This document shows positions 26,668-41,100 of a stretch of DNA of 64,000 nt, one piece after another (position 1 is the stretch's first letter; each line of letters begins with the position of its first letter). Under the pieces are notes generated by a model that ran no database searches, was not told the origin of the DNA, and saw nothing but the letters and a program-made list of their open reading frames with translations. This DNA is from Octopus vulgaris (taxonomy: Eukaryota). The stretch is taken from NCBI GenBank assembly GCA_951406725.2, contig OX597815.1:152582001-152646000 (forward strand), written 5' to 3'. Both the position numbers and the translations under genes were made by a program.

Positions 26668-29600
26668 TACACACACTCACACACACACATATATAAACAA
26701 AATACAGAAGGGTATTAAAATACCACTTGCATAACAGAGATATCTCTCTGAAACCACAATTTACTCACTATAAAACTATGCATGTTGGATGCAATAAACA
26801 TAACAGAAATAGGTTTACCTTGCATTGAATACAAAAGTAGGTAATGTATATTCCAGGATCAATTGATCTCACTTTCTGTATATAAAACATACTTAAGCTC
26901 ATCAGCTGGACCTAACACTATGGCATCTATTTCTGAAATATTCATCACATTACACGTCATTCAAAAATGAATCTAACATAACCTAGTAATATATAAATTT
27001 AAGTATCATTAATAATATTAATAATAATAATGATAATAATAGAGTGGCTAGCAAGTTTAGACCTTTATAGGTTATTAATATTATATTACTTGAATTATTG
27101 ACCCCGAAAGGATGAAAGGCAAAGTCAACCTCAGCAGAATTTGAACTCAGTATGTAAAGAAAGACAAAATACTGCTCAGCATTTTATCTGATGTGCTAAC
27201 ATTTCTGCCAGCTTGCCACTTTTGTGTGTGTGTATATTATCATTTCTTTTTCTGTTATTCAGAAAAAAGTGGAGTTTGTTGTCTTCAAAGATTTTGATAT
27301 GCCAGTGCACTTCTTTAAGTGTTGTTAATATCATCTTCCTCATTGGGATGAAGCCTTATGCCTTAAAAATAACAGCTGCTTGTAAGGTAAGTAGAAGCAT
27401 ATTTTAGCAAGTAGATATTTTTCTTATATTAAATATTATGTTCAACAGTCTTTTACTTCAAATAGATTTAATCCATTCGAATTCAAGTTGTCTCAATAAA
27501 TGTTACATTTAACCCTGTTGTTACCATATTTCTGTTGAGATGCTCCATGTTTCTTTCAGTTAATTCTAAATTTAACAAGGAATTTAGTAAAATAACTTAG
27601 TTATCATTAAGCTAGAGTTAGGAACATAAATTGTGACTAAGGTTTGGTGGAAGATTTTAATTCAGAACTTTTGAAAACAAGACATTTGTACTACAGAACC
27701 AGAGGTGGTTTCAGCCAGGTTGGCATCATATGGGTTAATGTTTGCATTGATCATTCTTGCGTTCTTTCATTTATTGCTAAATGATGACATCCATATTTAT
27801 AATTGGAAAGACCATGTAATAAACGATCAGTTTTTTAACTTGTCAAATTGCATTTTGTTTCATGTTCAACATCTTACCCTCACCTCTAAGTTAGCCCTTC
27901 TACATGTCTGTGTTAGCTTCCTGTTCAACATTCTTTGAAGTTTGTTGTATCTCTTTAAACCATTCCATCTAATCAGACAGCAAATATTTATTGTTGTTAT
28001 TGTTTTCAATTTTGGTACAAGGCCCGAAATTATCAAGGAGGGGAGGTTAACCGATTACATTGACCTCACCATTTGACCGGAACTTAAATTTATCAACCCT
28101 GGAAGGATGAAATGCAAAGTTGACTCTTTTCATCCCTCCAGGGTTGATAAAGTAACATACCAGTCACATTTTGGGGTTGATGCCCCACACCACAGGAAAA
28201 TATTCAACAAAACTACATCTCTGTTACCCTCCCTCGCTCTCCAGCTTTTTCAAACACATGGGGTTAGACACATGCAAACATACTTCAACTTCTTCCTGCT
28301 TCAGATATCCCCAACATGGTATACCATCTTGTGAGGCAACCTAACATGTAAAAAGAATAGACACAGAAGTTTTTAAAAGATGCATCAGCTCCGAACAAGC
28401 CGCACAATTGTGACAGCATTGTGGAAACCACACCCACATGGACAAATCCACCACCGCCAGCAACAACAATACACATCTCAACTGAAAGAAAAAGAAACAC
28501 AGTAGACTGATACATAAACATAACGTCAACAAAACATCTCCAGTCCAAACATTTTGCCTGTTAGGGATACAAACAAAAAGCTGATGCTCTTTATAGCACA
28601 TAAGGAAAATGCTGAAATAGAAGGATAAGTTATCATGACCAGCACTTCCAAAGAGCCACGAAATTTGAAAATAATAAAACTGGACTTGGAGACATACAAA
28701 ATACTGAGGAAGGATTTCCCTGATGCTGTGTGAAGTCCTAATGAAAGAGCCAACTGTAGGCTTCTAAAGGATTTCCCTAAGGAAGCTCAAAACCCTATGG
28801 AGACCAAGTCATTCAGTCACTGGTACCATGAAATAGTTAAGTAGTCTGTTTCCTTTTCTCCTCATCATCTTTTAGCCAACACAGCAGCCCCAACAATAGA
28901 ATGTATAAATGCATGTGGATTGGGGTCACTCTGGGAGCAGAGTCACCTGCTCAGTGGCCTCAGATAACTGGGTTTGGATGTGAAAGCCATTAGTGAGACC
29001 AAAATTTCCAAGATTTCATCCATCCTTACATTCTGAGTTCAAGTCTGCTGAGATCAATCTTGCTTTCATCTCTTTGGGGCCTTGTACCAAAATTTGAAAT
29101 TATCATCATCATTGTTATTATTATTATTATTATCATCATCATCATCATCATCATTATAATTTTAAAAGGGTTAACATAACTCCTTACAAAGGTAAGTAGA
29201 CAATACGAAGAGCACAATGCAATTTCAATAGATATTTTATAGGTTTGAACAATATTTCAACAGCTTGCCTGTTTTTGTCGAGTACAAAATGAAAAGTGAT
29301 ACATAGAAATTCAAAATTATAGAAATTCAAATTCAAAAATTTGAACGAGAGCAACCTGCGTTCCCACATTATATATCATCTTTACTGTACTGAAATATGT
29401 GTTCTCATGTTCTGTGTTGAAATTTCAGAAGGTTCTCTTTTAATTTTTAACTTTCTGGATTCAAAACTATAAAATATAAAACTATTACTGATATCAAAAT
29501 AGTTGACCCCACCTCCATTCCTACCCCTGAAATACAATATATATTTGAAGCCAAACATATGTCAATGTTAGAAACCTTTATTGTTGTTGTTATTGTTGTC

Positions 29601-29792
29601 ATTCAAGGCAGTGGCTGCTCTGTTACACTACTCCCTCATAGCAACTGTCATGTGGATGTGTATCACAGCTTTTCATGGTTATAAAGATAGTGACATGGAA
29701 AGCTACAAAAAATATTTTATGATCGTGAGTTCAATTTTGGCCTGGGGTAGGTATAATTTCTATCTTCAGTTTTCTATTTTCGGGTCACTTTA

Positions 29793-29823
<31 letters not shown>

Positions 29824-32800
29824 TACACTCTCTCTCTCTCTCTCTCTCACACACATACACACACATACGCTATCTCTCTCTCTCTCAAACACACGTACAC
29901 ACATTTCTTTGTGTTTAATATTTGTACATGAATGTTAGTTGATGGCAAAAATTTCTCTTGAATGATCCAGACAATTGTATTCATTTCATTGAACAAAAAA
30001 TTTTGAAGGAAAAGTTAACCTTTTTGGGATTTGAACTCAGGACACTAAACTAAACATTATTAACCATGTTTTTTGACATTATCTAAGTGGATGTTGCCTA
30101 GTAAGAGTTCAATTTATTTTTCTCGATTTTGTTATTCTGTTCTAATGTTGTAGAAAGTATTGAAAATCAATCACTGCAGTAAAATATCTCAGGAAGGGGC
30201 TCTATATCACGAATCCACTTCAGTGGTTCCAAAAGTGGGTGTTACCATCCCCTTGGGGCAGTAGAAAGGTCCAGAGACAGTGGAAAGATCCAGGAGGCAG
30301 TGGAAAGATCTGGTGGGGTGGGCACTGGAAAAAATAGGGCAATAAGGGAGTTATGGATGGCCTTGCCGGGGTCTATTTTTCAATGGTACACTCAAGTTTA
30401 AAAAATAGATGTTTAGTAATACTAACTTAAAGAACAAAGAACAAAAATAAATTTGAAAAACAACAAAAGTTCTCTAACAAAGCTGGTCATAAAATTCACA
30501 AGAGAATTCCCCAAAAAGACGAAACATGACACTGAACATATGGCATTTTTTCATCATGTATTTTTTCCACATTTTGAAAACTTATAATCCGTATTCTTTC
30601 AGAAAACATTTTTCGAAAGGCTATCATACATGAATCGTAATTTGTTTTTGTTTTTATTTTTATTTTTTGGTGGTGGGGTTTCCAGATTTTAATTATGAAA
30701 ATCAAAATGAAATGGATGTATGGAATTTTTTTTCTAACAAGGCATACTACAAATGTTTTAAAATGTGGAATATTATAGCATTGAAAATAAATAGTGCAAC
30801 CTACTTAGAACCTCCAAACTTGGCTTGCTTGGCGAGATTAGTCCCCCTTGTCAAACAATAAAAGTATATTTCTTGCTTATGTTTGCTTTGTCAAAGATTA
30901 ACATTTTGTTCAAGAGTAATAATTTGTAAGACAACTAGAAACAGATACACAAGAGGAATCAATATTTTGTGTTTGAGCAATAGAAGGGACACCATCGATG
31001 GTAGGTTGTCATTGCAGCTTCATCAGTTTATTGTAAAAGTTATACCTAGCATGTCTAGTGCACACTCTATAATCCTCAGGCAACACCTGGTTGCAAATAA
31101 CCTAAGTTGTGGACTTAACAAATCAATGAGCACTGTTATCACAGCAGTAAATAAAATCAACACACATGCTCACAATTCCTCACTGTTTCAACTCCTGCAC
31201 ACAGAAATTTAATGGCTGTCAAAGGGGAACTGCCTAGAAGTTTCTATTCCCTTTTTAAAACAGTTGTTGAGACTCTTATTCTGTTCGTTATTTTCATTTG
31301 ATGGATATTTGTCCTCATCTTGTTTGTTGTTAACACAAATATCCATCAAATGTAAATAATATACATAATTCCTCATCTCTTAAATATAGAACTGTTTATT
31401 CTGTTCTTTGTGATGAACCAAGAAATATCAAGCATGGCATTGCTTACATGGCAGATATATTCACAAAGTTCAATGAAGTTTACTTGCAACTGCAAGGAAA
31501 TTAGGTTAAACCATACCAAAGTAAAACCAACCATTCAAATGTAACATAAGCCTCCAGTTTCTGAGACTCACTGAATTGGAGAAGGAAAAGTGCACAGCAG
31601 AAGATGGCATACAAGTGTATTGTTCACACCTGGATGAGCTGTACTGAGACATGTCTGACAGGTTTCAGGATATTATTTTTAGTTACTTTACCAAGATATC
31701 AGCAATGAGGAAACATGAATAGTGGTTTCACTTAAAGTTAAATGACACTGAGCTGAGGCCAAAGTTTCAAAAATCACATCAAGAATTTTGATTACAGAAA
31801 TACATTTCTGATTGCTACCCTGCTCTGAAGAACAAAGCCAAGATGTAGTCTATTGCTGTTCCAACGTCATATTTCGTAGAGCAGAGCTTCAGTATCGAAT
31901 GTGATGACCTAAAACTACTTTTTAGAACCTTTCAACCAGATGTTGAGAAGCTAATATCGCTGCACAATGTATATCCATTGCATTAAAAATATGAAAATAA
32001 AGTATTTACAAGTGAGATGTAAATTTACTCTTTCGTATTGTAAAAGCAACAAAACAATGGGTTAAGTTTATTTGTGAAATACAGTTGTTTTGTATTTGCA
32101 GCTTAAAGAGGTCTGTGTTTGTGGTGGTGAGTGTTGGAGAGAGACACTAGGAATGTGGTATGGGTGCCAAGTGGGTGGCAGTCTGAAAAAGTTTGGCAAT
32201 CACTGCTCTACCCCATTATAGATCCTACCATCTTTAAAGATACTTTTGAAACTAGAAATTAAAGTGTTGTTGCATAAAACAACCCAAATTTAGATTACAG
32301 ATATGTTTTACTGTAAAATCCAAGTTTACAAAACCAGGAGCATTAAATCCTGAGTGAAAAGATCCCTGACCTACAACTTCAGTCTGATCTTGTCTCCAGG
32401 GGGAACCCAAGAGTTACTCGTTATGCACTTTCACCAAATAATAGTTGAGGAGAGTGAATTTCTGTTGTCATCCTTGTCATTCTGTCTTCTTACCAATGTC
32501 CAGAACTTCCATGATTTTCCACTTTTTGCAGCCCTCTAAAGCATAATTGATAGGATGGAAATAGTATATTAGTCGTAGCTATTTCTAGAAACCAAAGGAG
32601 CAAATGGCAAGAAGTGAATTGTGTGTGGTAAGAAATGAAATATCGATCGGTTCCTTTTGAACTAGCCAATTTTCTGGGCAAAAACATACTAAACCAAATC
32701 AATTCACATATCATTTATTTATGATTTCAAAAGTTAATTAATATCTAAAGATTCATATTTGTTTCTGTAAATATCATTGTCAGGTCTTCCAGCTGTCATT

Positions 32801-35156
32801 ACTCTGGCAGTTAACTACACAAACAATTACATCAGTGTTGCACAAGTGTAAGTATTTCGCTGTTTCCTTCACCTCATTTTTCTCTGATCTTCCAAATTAA
32901 TACTTTGCTAGACTCATTTATATTTTGAAAAACTATAAAATAATGGATAAGCTACCATCAAGCTAAAGTCATGATGATCGCTGTTTATAGCAACCCTATT
33001 TCATTAACATTGTTTATATATTTTTCTTATTGAGGAACATGGGTGTCAGTGATCACATTTGTCTCTCCTCTCCTCTCAATTGGAAATCGAAGATATCTCT
33101 TTTACTCTTTTACTTGTTTCAGTCATTTGACTGTGACCATGCTGGAGCACTGCATTTAGTTGAGCAAATCGACCCCAGGACTTATTCTTTGCAAACCTAG
33201 TACTTATTCTATCGGTCTCTTTTGCCAAACAGCTAAGTTACAGGGATGTAAACACACCAGCATTGGTTGTCAAGCGATGTTGGGGGAACAAACACAGACA
33301 CACAAACATATACACACTTACATATGTATATACATATATACGACGGGCTTCTTTCAGTTTCCCTCTACCAAATCCACTCACAAGGCTTTGGTCGGCCCGA
33401 GGCTATAGTAGAAGACATTTGCCTAAAGTGCCATGCAGTGGGACTGAACCTGGGACCATGTCTATTCACAAATAACTTAAAATATGAATGCAATCAACAT
33501 ATAAGTATAAAACAAAGCATCATACATTTTTCAACTTAATTATTATATGATACAGAAGATTGCATTAATTGCTAATTATTACTTTTCTTGTCTTTTTTCA
33601 CTAATATTAGGAATATTTGACACATAAGCTAGTGAAATTTACTATAACAATCAACTAGCTTCTCTTTTAACATTGTAAGTGTCAATGAGGAAACGGTCAT
33701 ATAATTAGGTGACAGCCTCAAAGGTTAGAGGCTGATGAGTTACTATTTCATCACTTCTGAGTATTCCAGGCTCTATATCAGTTATGTATGTATGTATGTA
33801 TGTATGTATGTATGTATGTATGCATGCATGCATGCATGTATGCATGTATGCATGCATGCATGCATGTATGTATGTATGCATGTATGCATGCATGCATGCA
33901 TGTATGTATGTATGTATGCATGCATGCATGCATGTATGTATGTATGTATGTATGTATGTATGTATGTATGTATGTATGTATATATGTATGTCTCTTCTGT
34001 AGTTAATCACTTAAATTGTTCCTCTAAAGAAGGAGCTGGATTCTAACAAAGATACAAAGCACATCTTTAGAATGTAGATAAGAAAAGCAATGTCATATTT
34101 TAAACCTGAGAAAAGTCTTGCGTATCTTTATTGTTCCACTTACAGATTGCATTTGTAATGTCCAAGTCTGTTGGTTGAATTCGTTTCCTGAAAATCCATG
34201 CTTATCCAGAATGACAGGCATTTACTTACAAAACCAAGTGCTCCAATTATTATTGTTATAAATGTAAATTTGTAATCCGGATATAAAAGCGGGTGGTTTT
34301 GAAACAGTTGTCCGTAGTTATCATCTTTTATTTTTGATTTTCAAAGAAATATTCTCATCAGCAGGACAGCTAACCTCTTGACGGTACATATTGTCCCAAA
34401 CAATATCTGGCCTGTTATATTTACAGTTGATAGATGTTTTGACGGGAATGTTCCACCAGTATTTCTTGTGCTGATATTTGTGTATGTATTCAATAACAGG
34501 GGGATTCTCTATATATTCTAGGAAGAGTCTTTTTGCCTAATGGCATTGTATATTGTTTTTGAGACAATGTCATGTCCCATAAGGAAGTAGCCCCTTGATG
34601 ACAAGTTTGGGCAGCGGCTAATCACATGTGTAATGTCTTCCACAGAAATGAGACATAATCTACATTCACAGTTGCATCTTGGAACTCTAAGGGTTTCACT
34701 GTCTCTTTTGTTGATTAGATATTTAACTGCAATCTCCTGTTCTTGGATTGCAAATGCATAGCCATCAAAGTGGGATGTAATGTGACAATTATGCGTCCAA
34801 AAGAAGCTTCGCTTCATGTTAAAGTTACCATCTTTTTAAAGTCTACAAGAAACATAGCCATGCATGGCCTTTTTTTTGTATGTATGTATGTATGTATGTA
34901 TGTATGTATGTATGTATGTATGTATGTATATGTGTATATTTGTATGTGTATGTATTTCCTTTGTGTTTTTCTTTTTGTCTTCTTCCTTATCAGCACCCCT
35001 TGTTTAAATAGCATCTGCTTAGATAAGCAACTAAAAAACAGTCTTTTACTCAGCTTCAAAAATGGCAAAATATATTCATGTTTTGACCAGGAAATTCCTG
35101 GGTAATTGTATTTGACAGGAATTGTGATTTTCATTATAACATTATACATGTATATA

Positions 35157-35192
<36 letters not shown>

Positions 35193-38100
35193 TGTATGTA
35201 TGTATGTATGTATGTATGTATGTATGTATGTATGTACGTATGTACGTATGTACGTATGTACGTACGTACGTACGTACGTATGTATGTATTCTGATACAAC
35301 GATTCTGATACTGATGATAAGGAAAATAAGGAAATCATTGTAAAAAAAGGGAGGAGCAATTTTAATGATAGTGTTGATTAGGATAAAGGGTTGATGGGTA
35401 GTGATTATTATGGAAAGATGTTACTGTTATCCTGTTTGTGGCTGGAATTCTCCAGGGAAGGAGTATATTTTAATAATTGTAGACTGAATTTTTTCCCATA
35501 TAAACAAGAGTGGGGCAAGTGTCTCCTCTCTTAAGTTTAAGATGTTAATTGCAGACAGGATGTGCAGTTTTTCTGTTACTACAGATTACACCTTGTACCT
35601 TGTCCATTTTAGACACTTGCTTTGATATTTGATGGTAGGATTATTTATATCATGGCCCTTTAGGTACTAGATATACTTAGATAATGATGTAACATTCCTT
35701 CTACTACCGTTACAGATTGTGTAAAAATGTTGCATGAAACAGGCCTTAAAGGTGTTTTCTGTGAGCCCTCATCATTATCATCATGTGTGTGTGTGTGATC
35801 ATGATCATGATCATGGTTTTACTGGAACTGGTAAACCAGAGAATTGCACCAGGTTCCAGTCTGATATGGCATGGCTTCTATGGCTGGATGCCCTTCGTAA
35901 CACCAACCACTCTGAGAGTGTAATGGGTGTTTTTATGTGCCACCGGCACAGGTGCCAGCTATGTAACACTGGCTTGGCCACAACTATGATTTCACTTGGC
36001 TTGATGAATTTTCTCAAGTACAGCATATCGCCAAAGTGTCATCACTTGTCCTCCATGAGGCCCACCTATATACGATTTTCATAACGCCTTCCTTGTCCTA
36101 GATTTCAGCCTTATCAACGAGATCTAACAAAAGGCACTTATTATCTAGTGGACTCTGTGACCAGTTTCTCTTACTGATACAGTCATGCCTGAACTTATAT
36201 TCTTTTGTGCCAGCTTACTGCATTTACTAGAAAGATGGTTAATACTGTCATTTTTTTCTACAGATTCTGCCTTTGTTCTCTGGCTGAGTTTTAGTAATCT
36301 TTGTATCAAGTTTGTTCAATGCCTTGTTCATCAGCAACTATGATTAGCGATTGAGCTTCTCATTTCAGATTTCCATATTGAGGACCTTTAGTTTCAAGAT
36401 TGACAATGTAATTCCTTTTCTTACCAGCTCATAGTCTAGTTGTTTTGCTTCTGTTTTGGAATTTTCTTGGATGTTTTCTTATCTAGTTTTGTTTTGTATG
36501 ATGTGACATAATGTATTGTTATAGCTCTTTGTTTAAATTTGTGGTAGATCAATAGCAATGTCATACTTTTAAACAGAATGCATTGCAAAACTAGGCAATT
36601 AATATTGGAAGCAATACTCCTTATAGAGAACGATGCAAAACTAAATACACAAATAACTTACACATAAATAATGCTTGACACTGATATACAAATCTGAGAA
36701 TCAAATTTATAGAAGGATATGTTTTCCATGTTGGTGTTCACATTATGGATGGATATGTTCATTTTCACATTCGGGTTCACCATATTAGAAGTATAGCTCT
36801 GTTCCGCATCGAGTCACCATTATAGTTAGATAGTTGTCCATGTCAGTATCACCAGTGAATGGATGGACTGACTTGTGGACGGGTTTTGGTCAGGTGGGTA
36901 GGTGGGCGTATGGATGGATGGATGGATGGATGGAACAGATGGACCGGATGGATGGATGATTGGATGGATGGATGGATGGATGGATGGATGGACTGGATGG
37001 ATGGAAAGATGGATGGATGAGTGAATGGATAGATGGGTGAATGGATAGAAGGATGGATGGGTGAGTGAGGGTTTCAGGGTGAAATGATTGATGGATGTCT
37101 GAGATGACAATGTACAACCAGTAATGAAATGTCTTCTTTCATTTTGGATCAAAATCACTTTCCCATAATGCCTCTTTGATTTATCAGTTTATTCAGTGAA
37201 TATTTGGTAAGTTTCCTTTCTTAATTGATTTTCTATTTCTTTGTAGCTGTTGGTTATCCAAGACATCATTTTACATTACTTTCCTGGCTCCTGTGGTGAT
37301 CATGTGCATCTTACAATTTAACTTCAGTTTTCTTCCAAGTAAAAGAAAAATCAAACAGGAACTGAATAGAACAGATTTCTGTTGCTTCATTTGTTTGTTT
37401 TACCTATTGATCCTGTTCAGATTGTCATGGTTATTTGCATTCTTAGCTTTTGATGAAGTAGTTGAAGTGTTCGACATACTCTTTGGTATATTCAACTTAT
37501 TACAAAGTCTCTTTATCTTCTTATTTTACCATATAAACAACAAACGCATTCAACAGGAAGGGAACAACAACACATGTAAGTGCAATTAAGGACTTTTTTT
37601 TATTCTTACCATCATCAGAATCAACGCCAATAGTGTTATGATGAGGATAGCCACAAACATCGCATCTAGCGACCCAACCACTATTGACACCACCTTAGGA
37701 TAGACATCACCATAAATACCAACTTTACTATGTGTGCATGTGTGTGTGAGCGTGTGCATCTGTGTGTGCATGAATGTGTGCGTGCATGAGAAGTTTAAGT
37801 GATAACGGAAGAATAATGAGGATGCAGGGACTGAAAGTTACAAGAAAATGAGGATAAGAACAATGACGTGAAAGAGAGGTGGAGAATGACATGACCGAAT
37901 GGATGAAGCTAAGATACAATTATTTGTGAGACGGTTAATGATTTACAAATATCTTGAGAATACAATAGTCAAAGACAGTGTTACTTGCTAGAACATCAAT
38001 GTTGGCTTTGGTAAAGTATGAGGCTCAATTACAAAATCTCAACAAAAATTTGAAAATATAACTGTGAAATCATTTGGTCAGTGCTGCTGTGAATGTCCTT

Positions 38101-41100
38101 AGTTGGTAAAACTTTAGATTAATAATGATAGCTTTTTGTGTGAATGTGAATGCTGGTAAATTTTACTATAAACTATAACACTTGAAATTATGATTTTCAG
38201 ACCGACATATGCAGTCTAGAAATGAACATCCAGGTACAACACGTCAAAGAACATCACAGCCACATGGTGAGTATAAAACTGAAGTACCAAATTGATTTCT
38301 ATAAGTTTTCCTTTGAGCACTAGCATTGGTGAGTTTTTCTTGTGTCCCATAAAATTAGACAGTTCTTACTGCTCTTATGTTGTGTTTTTTCCTTTCAAGG
38401 TGACATGTTGAGAAGTGATGACAGAAGAATAATGAGGATGCAGGGAGTGAAAGTTGTGAGAAAATGAGGATAAGAATGGTGATTTGAAAGAGAGGTGGAA
38501 AATGACAAGACTGAGTGACTGTCAGTTGTGAGCCAACAGAGATGATTAACAACTTGGGAGTGTGATAATTAATGTCAAAATACTTATCAGAACATCATTT
38601 TCAGCATTCAAATGTAGGAGATTCAATAACAAATCTCAACTAGAAATGTTTTTAAGTGGTAAAATTTGTTAGAGATGATTTCCTTTGTTTACAAAATTGT
38701 TCTCCAGAATTTCTTCTTGATTTATCATCTCATGGAGATGTCAGATTTTTACAGTAGTCTGATGTTTGATATGAGAACATCTCTCACCAGAGTGTCTTCC
38801 TAGAATGTCTCAGGCTAGAATATGTCTATATATATATCTCCCTGAATGTTCAAAAACACAACTGTTTTCACTAACTGGACGTACAAACAAACATTTCTAG
38901 AAAAGTCAACTTCAATCTCTACAATAGTACCTTTATTTTCTTCTTGACTACCTGAAATATGCAAACATACTTTTTATTGCAATAACAGAAATAAACATGT
39001 GGTTAAGTGTGTATGTAAACAAATACGTAACCCGATTCATGATTGAAAGGAATTTATTTACAGGGTTTGATTTGTTATAGGTAGGAAACTCCTAAGAGTT
39101 GCTAGAAATACAGAGTACATATTAGGAATGAATATGTTTGTGTGTGTGCGTGTTTGATTCGAAACAGTTGTCTATCGGCACTTCGAACATTTCTCTCTGT
39201 CTCTGCGGTCTGCCAAAACCTGCCTCTCCTGTTTCACCGGGTTTTATAATATTTGTGGCAGTTAGAAAGACAGACATGTTGCAGCAGAGTTTGTACCTAA
39301 ATAGGTCAGCGCTTGTCCAGTTGAACTTCGCCTGTCAGAGGGAGATGATCAATCAATTTTTGACAGGACAAAGAAAACCTTTTTACGCGTCTGTTGATCA
39401 TCGTGGTTTGGACGACCGAGAATTCTTGGATTCGGTTTCGAATCTAGGCTTGGAGAAGGAAGTGTTAATTCTTACACTACCCCTCTTCTAGTGAGAAAGC
39501 CACAGAGATCGAGCGATATTGGAAATGTTATTTTTTGTGTGTATGCAGAAAAAATTTGCACATTGTAACAGACAAATGAATATATATATCAAAAACATGG
39601 GATATAAAAATATGAAGCAAAGGTTTACTTTACTGCTGATGTGTGCTATATGGTGGGCAATACATATATGTGCCCAGGCAGAAATATGTTGGCGTGTTGA
39701 AAGAGATGTGCGTCTATTGATTACTCGACCCACTAGAGGTCTAATAGAGGCAAGGCGTCTTTCAGTGGCGTAAAAGAATTGAGTGGTAGCACACATAAGA
39801 ATATGACTGTTGTAAATGTGTGTAAGCATACAGGTAGCAACATATTTTTACAAGAAGGCAAAACATTTTAAAGAGAAAGCAAAACATATGTACATACAAA
39901 AAATGAAAGAAATGTTCATCGAAAAAGTTCGTTTGTGAAATGTTCAGTAAATGTTCATACAGACAGTTTTTCGTTGATGTGGAACAACGTTTTTGTTTTC
40001 TTTTTTTTTTGTATACAAATGTTCTTTGATTTCTTTGGGTTTGTATGTGGGTGATGCAGTTATGTGAGTTATGTGTTGAAGTATGATGGATAGGTTAAGA
40101 GTTTGGAACTTACCCGAAAAACTTACATAAACCTTGCGGGCCATTGAACTGTTCTTCCCGATTTGGTTCGTCGGGGTTGTGCAGAATTTGTGGTGTTTGC
40201 TGGAATTGGTGAGTCCGTTCGAGGAAAGGAGGGAAATGAATGTAAGTCCTCCTCGATGAAGGCTTTTTTCAAACGATCAATCGATACCGTATTTCATTTA
40301 CCTCCAATATCAAGAACAAAGTACTTGGGTTTTCTTTTGATAACCTTGTAGGGCCCGGAATATGGTGGCTGAAGTTGAGATGGTATCCCATCATTCCTCA
40401 CGAAAACATGAGTCCAAGTGTTGATGTCTTTTGGGACATGTGAAACGACGTTCTGTTGTCTGGGGCCTAAAGGTGATAAATGCGACATGGATGTCCGTAA
40501 TCGGTGCACATATTGTGCTGGGTCAGGAAAGTCTTGTGAAGAAACAGGTTTGGTCATCTGCCCAGGTAAGGTGAGTGCTGTGCCATAGACGAGTTCAGCC
40601 AGAGTATATTCAAGTTCCTCCTTAACCGTGGATGGAATACCAAGGAGGATGAGAGGGAGGTGTTCCAGCCAGTGAGAACTGTCTGAAGCTGCTTTTATAG
40701 ATGCCTTGAGTTGGCGGTGAAAACGTTCGACCATGCCATTTGCTGCAGGGTGGTAAGCCGTAGTGCAGGTGTGTTTACACCCGAGGAGACGAGTCAGCTT
40801 GGTGAAGAGGTGGGAATCGAACTGACATCCTCTGTCAGTGGTGATTGTTGCGGGTGTGCCAAAATGCGAAACCCATTGTGATATCAGCGTTTTGATGACC
40901 GTTTCTGCTGATGTATCAGATAAGGGCCAGGCTTCGGGCCATCGTGAAAAACAATCTACGCAGGTGAGCAAATGTGTATAATTCTGCGAAGGTGGCAGAT
41001 GTCCCACGATATCAATGTGAACGTGTTGAAATCATGCATCAGGTTGCGAAACGGAACCGATTGGTGATTTTATGTGCCGGTAGATTTTCGCTTTTTGGCA

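Noticed and set aside
39138-39491. Near-identical ORF pair (39138 and 43852)
   Set aside because: Both lie in the two LTRs; identity reflects LTR duplication, not a gene family.
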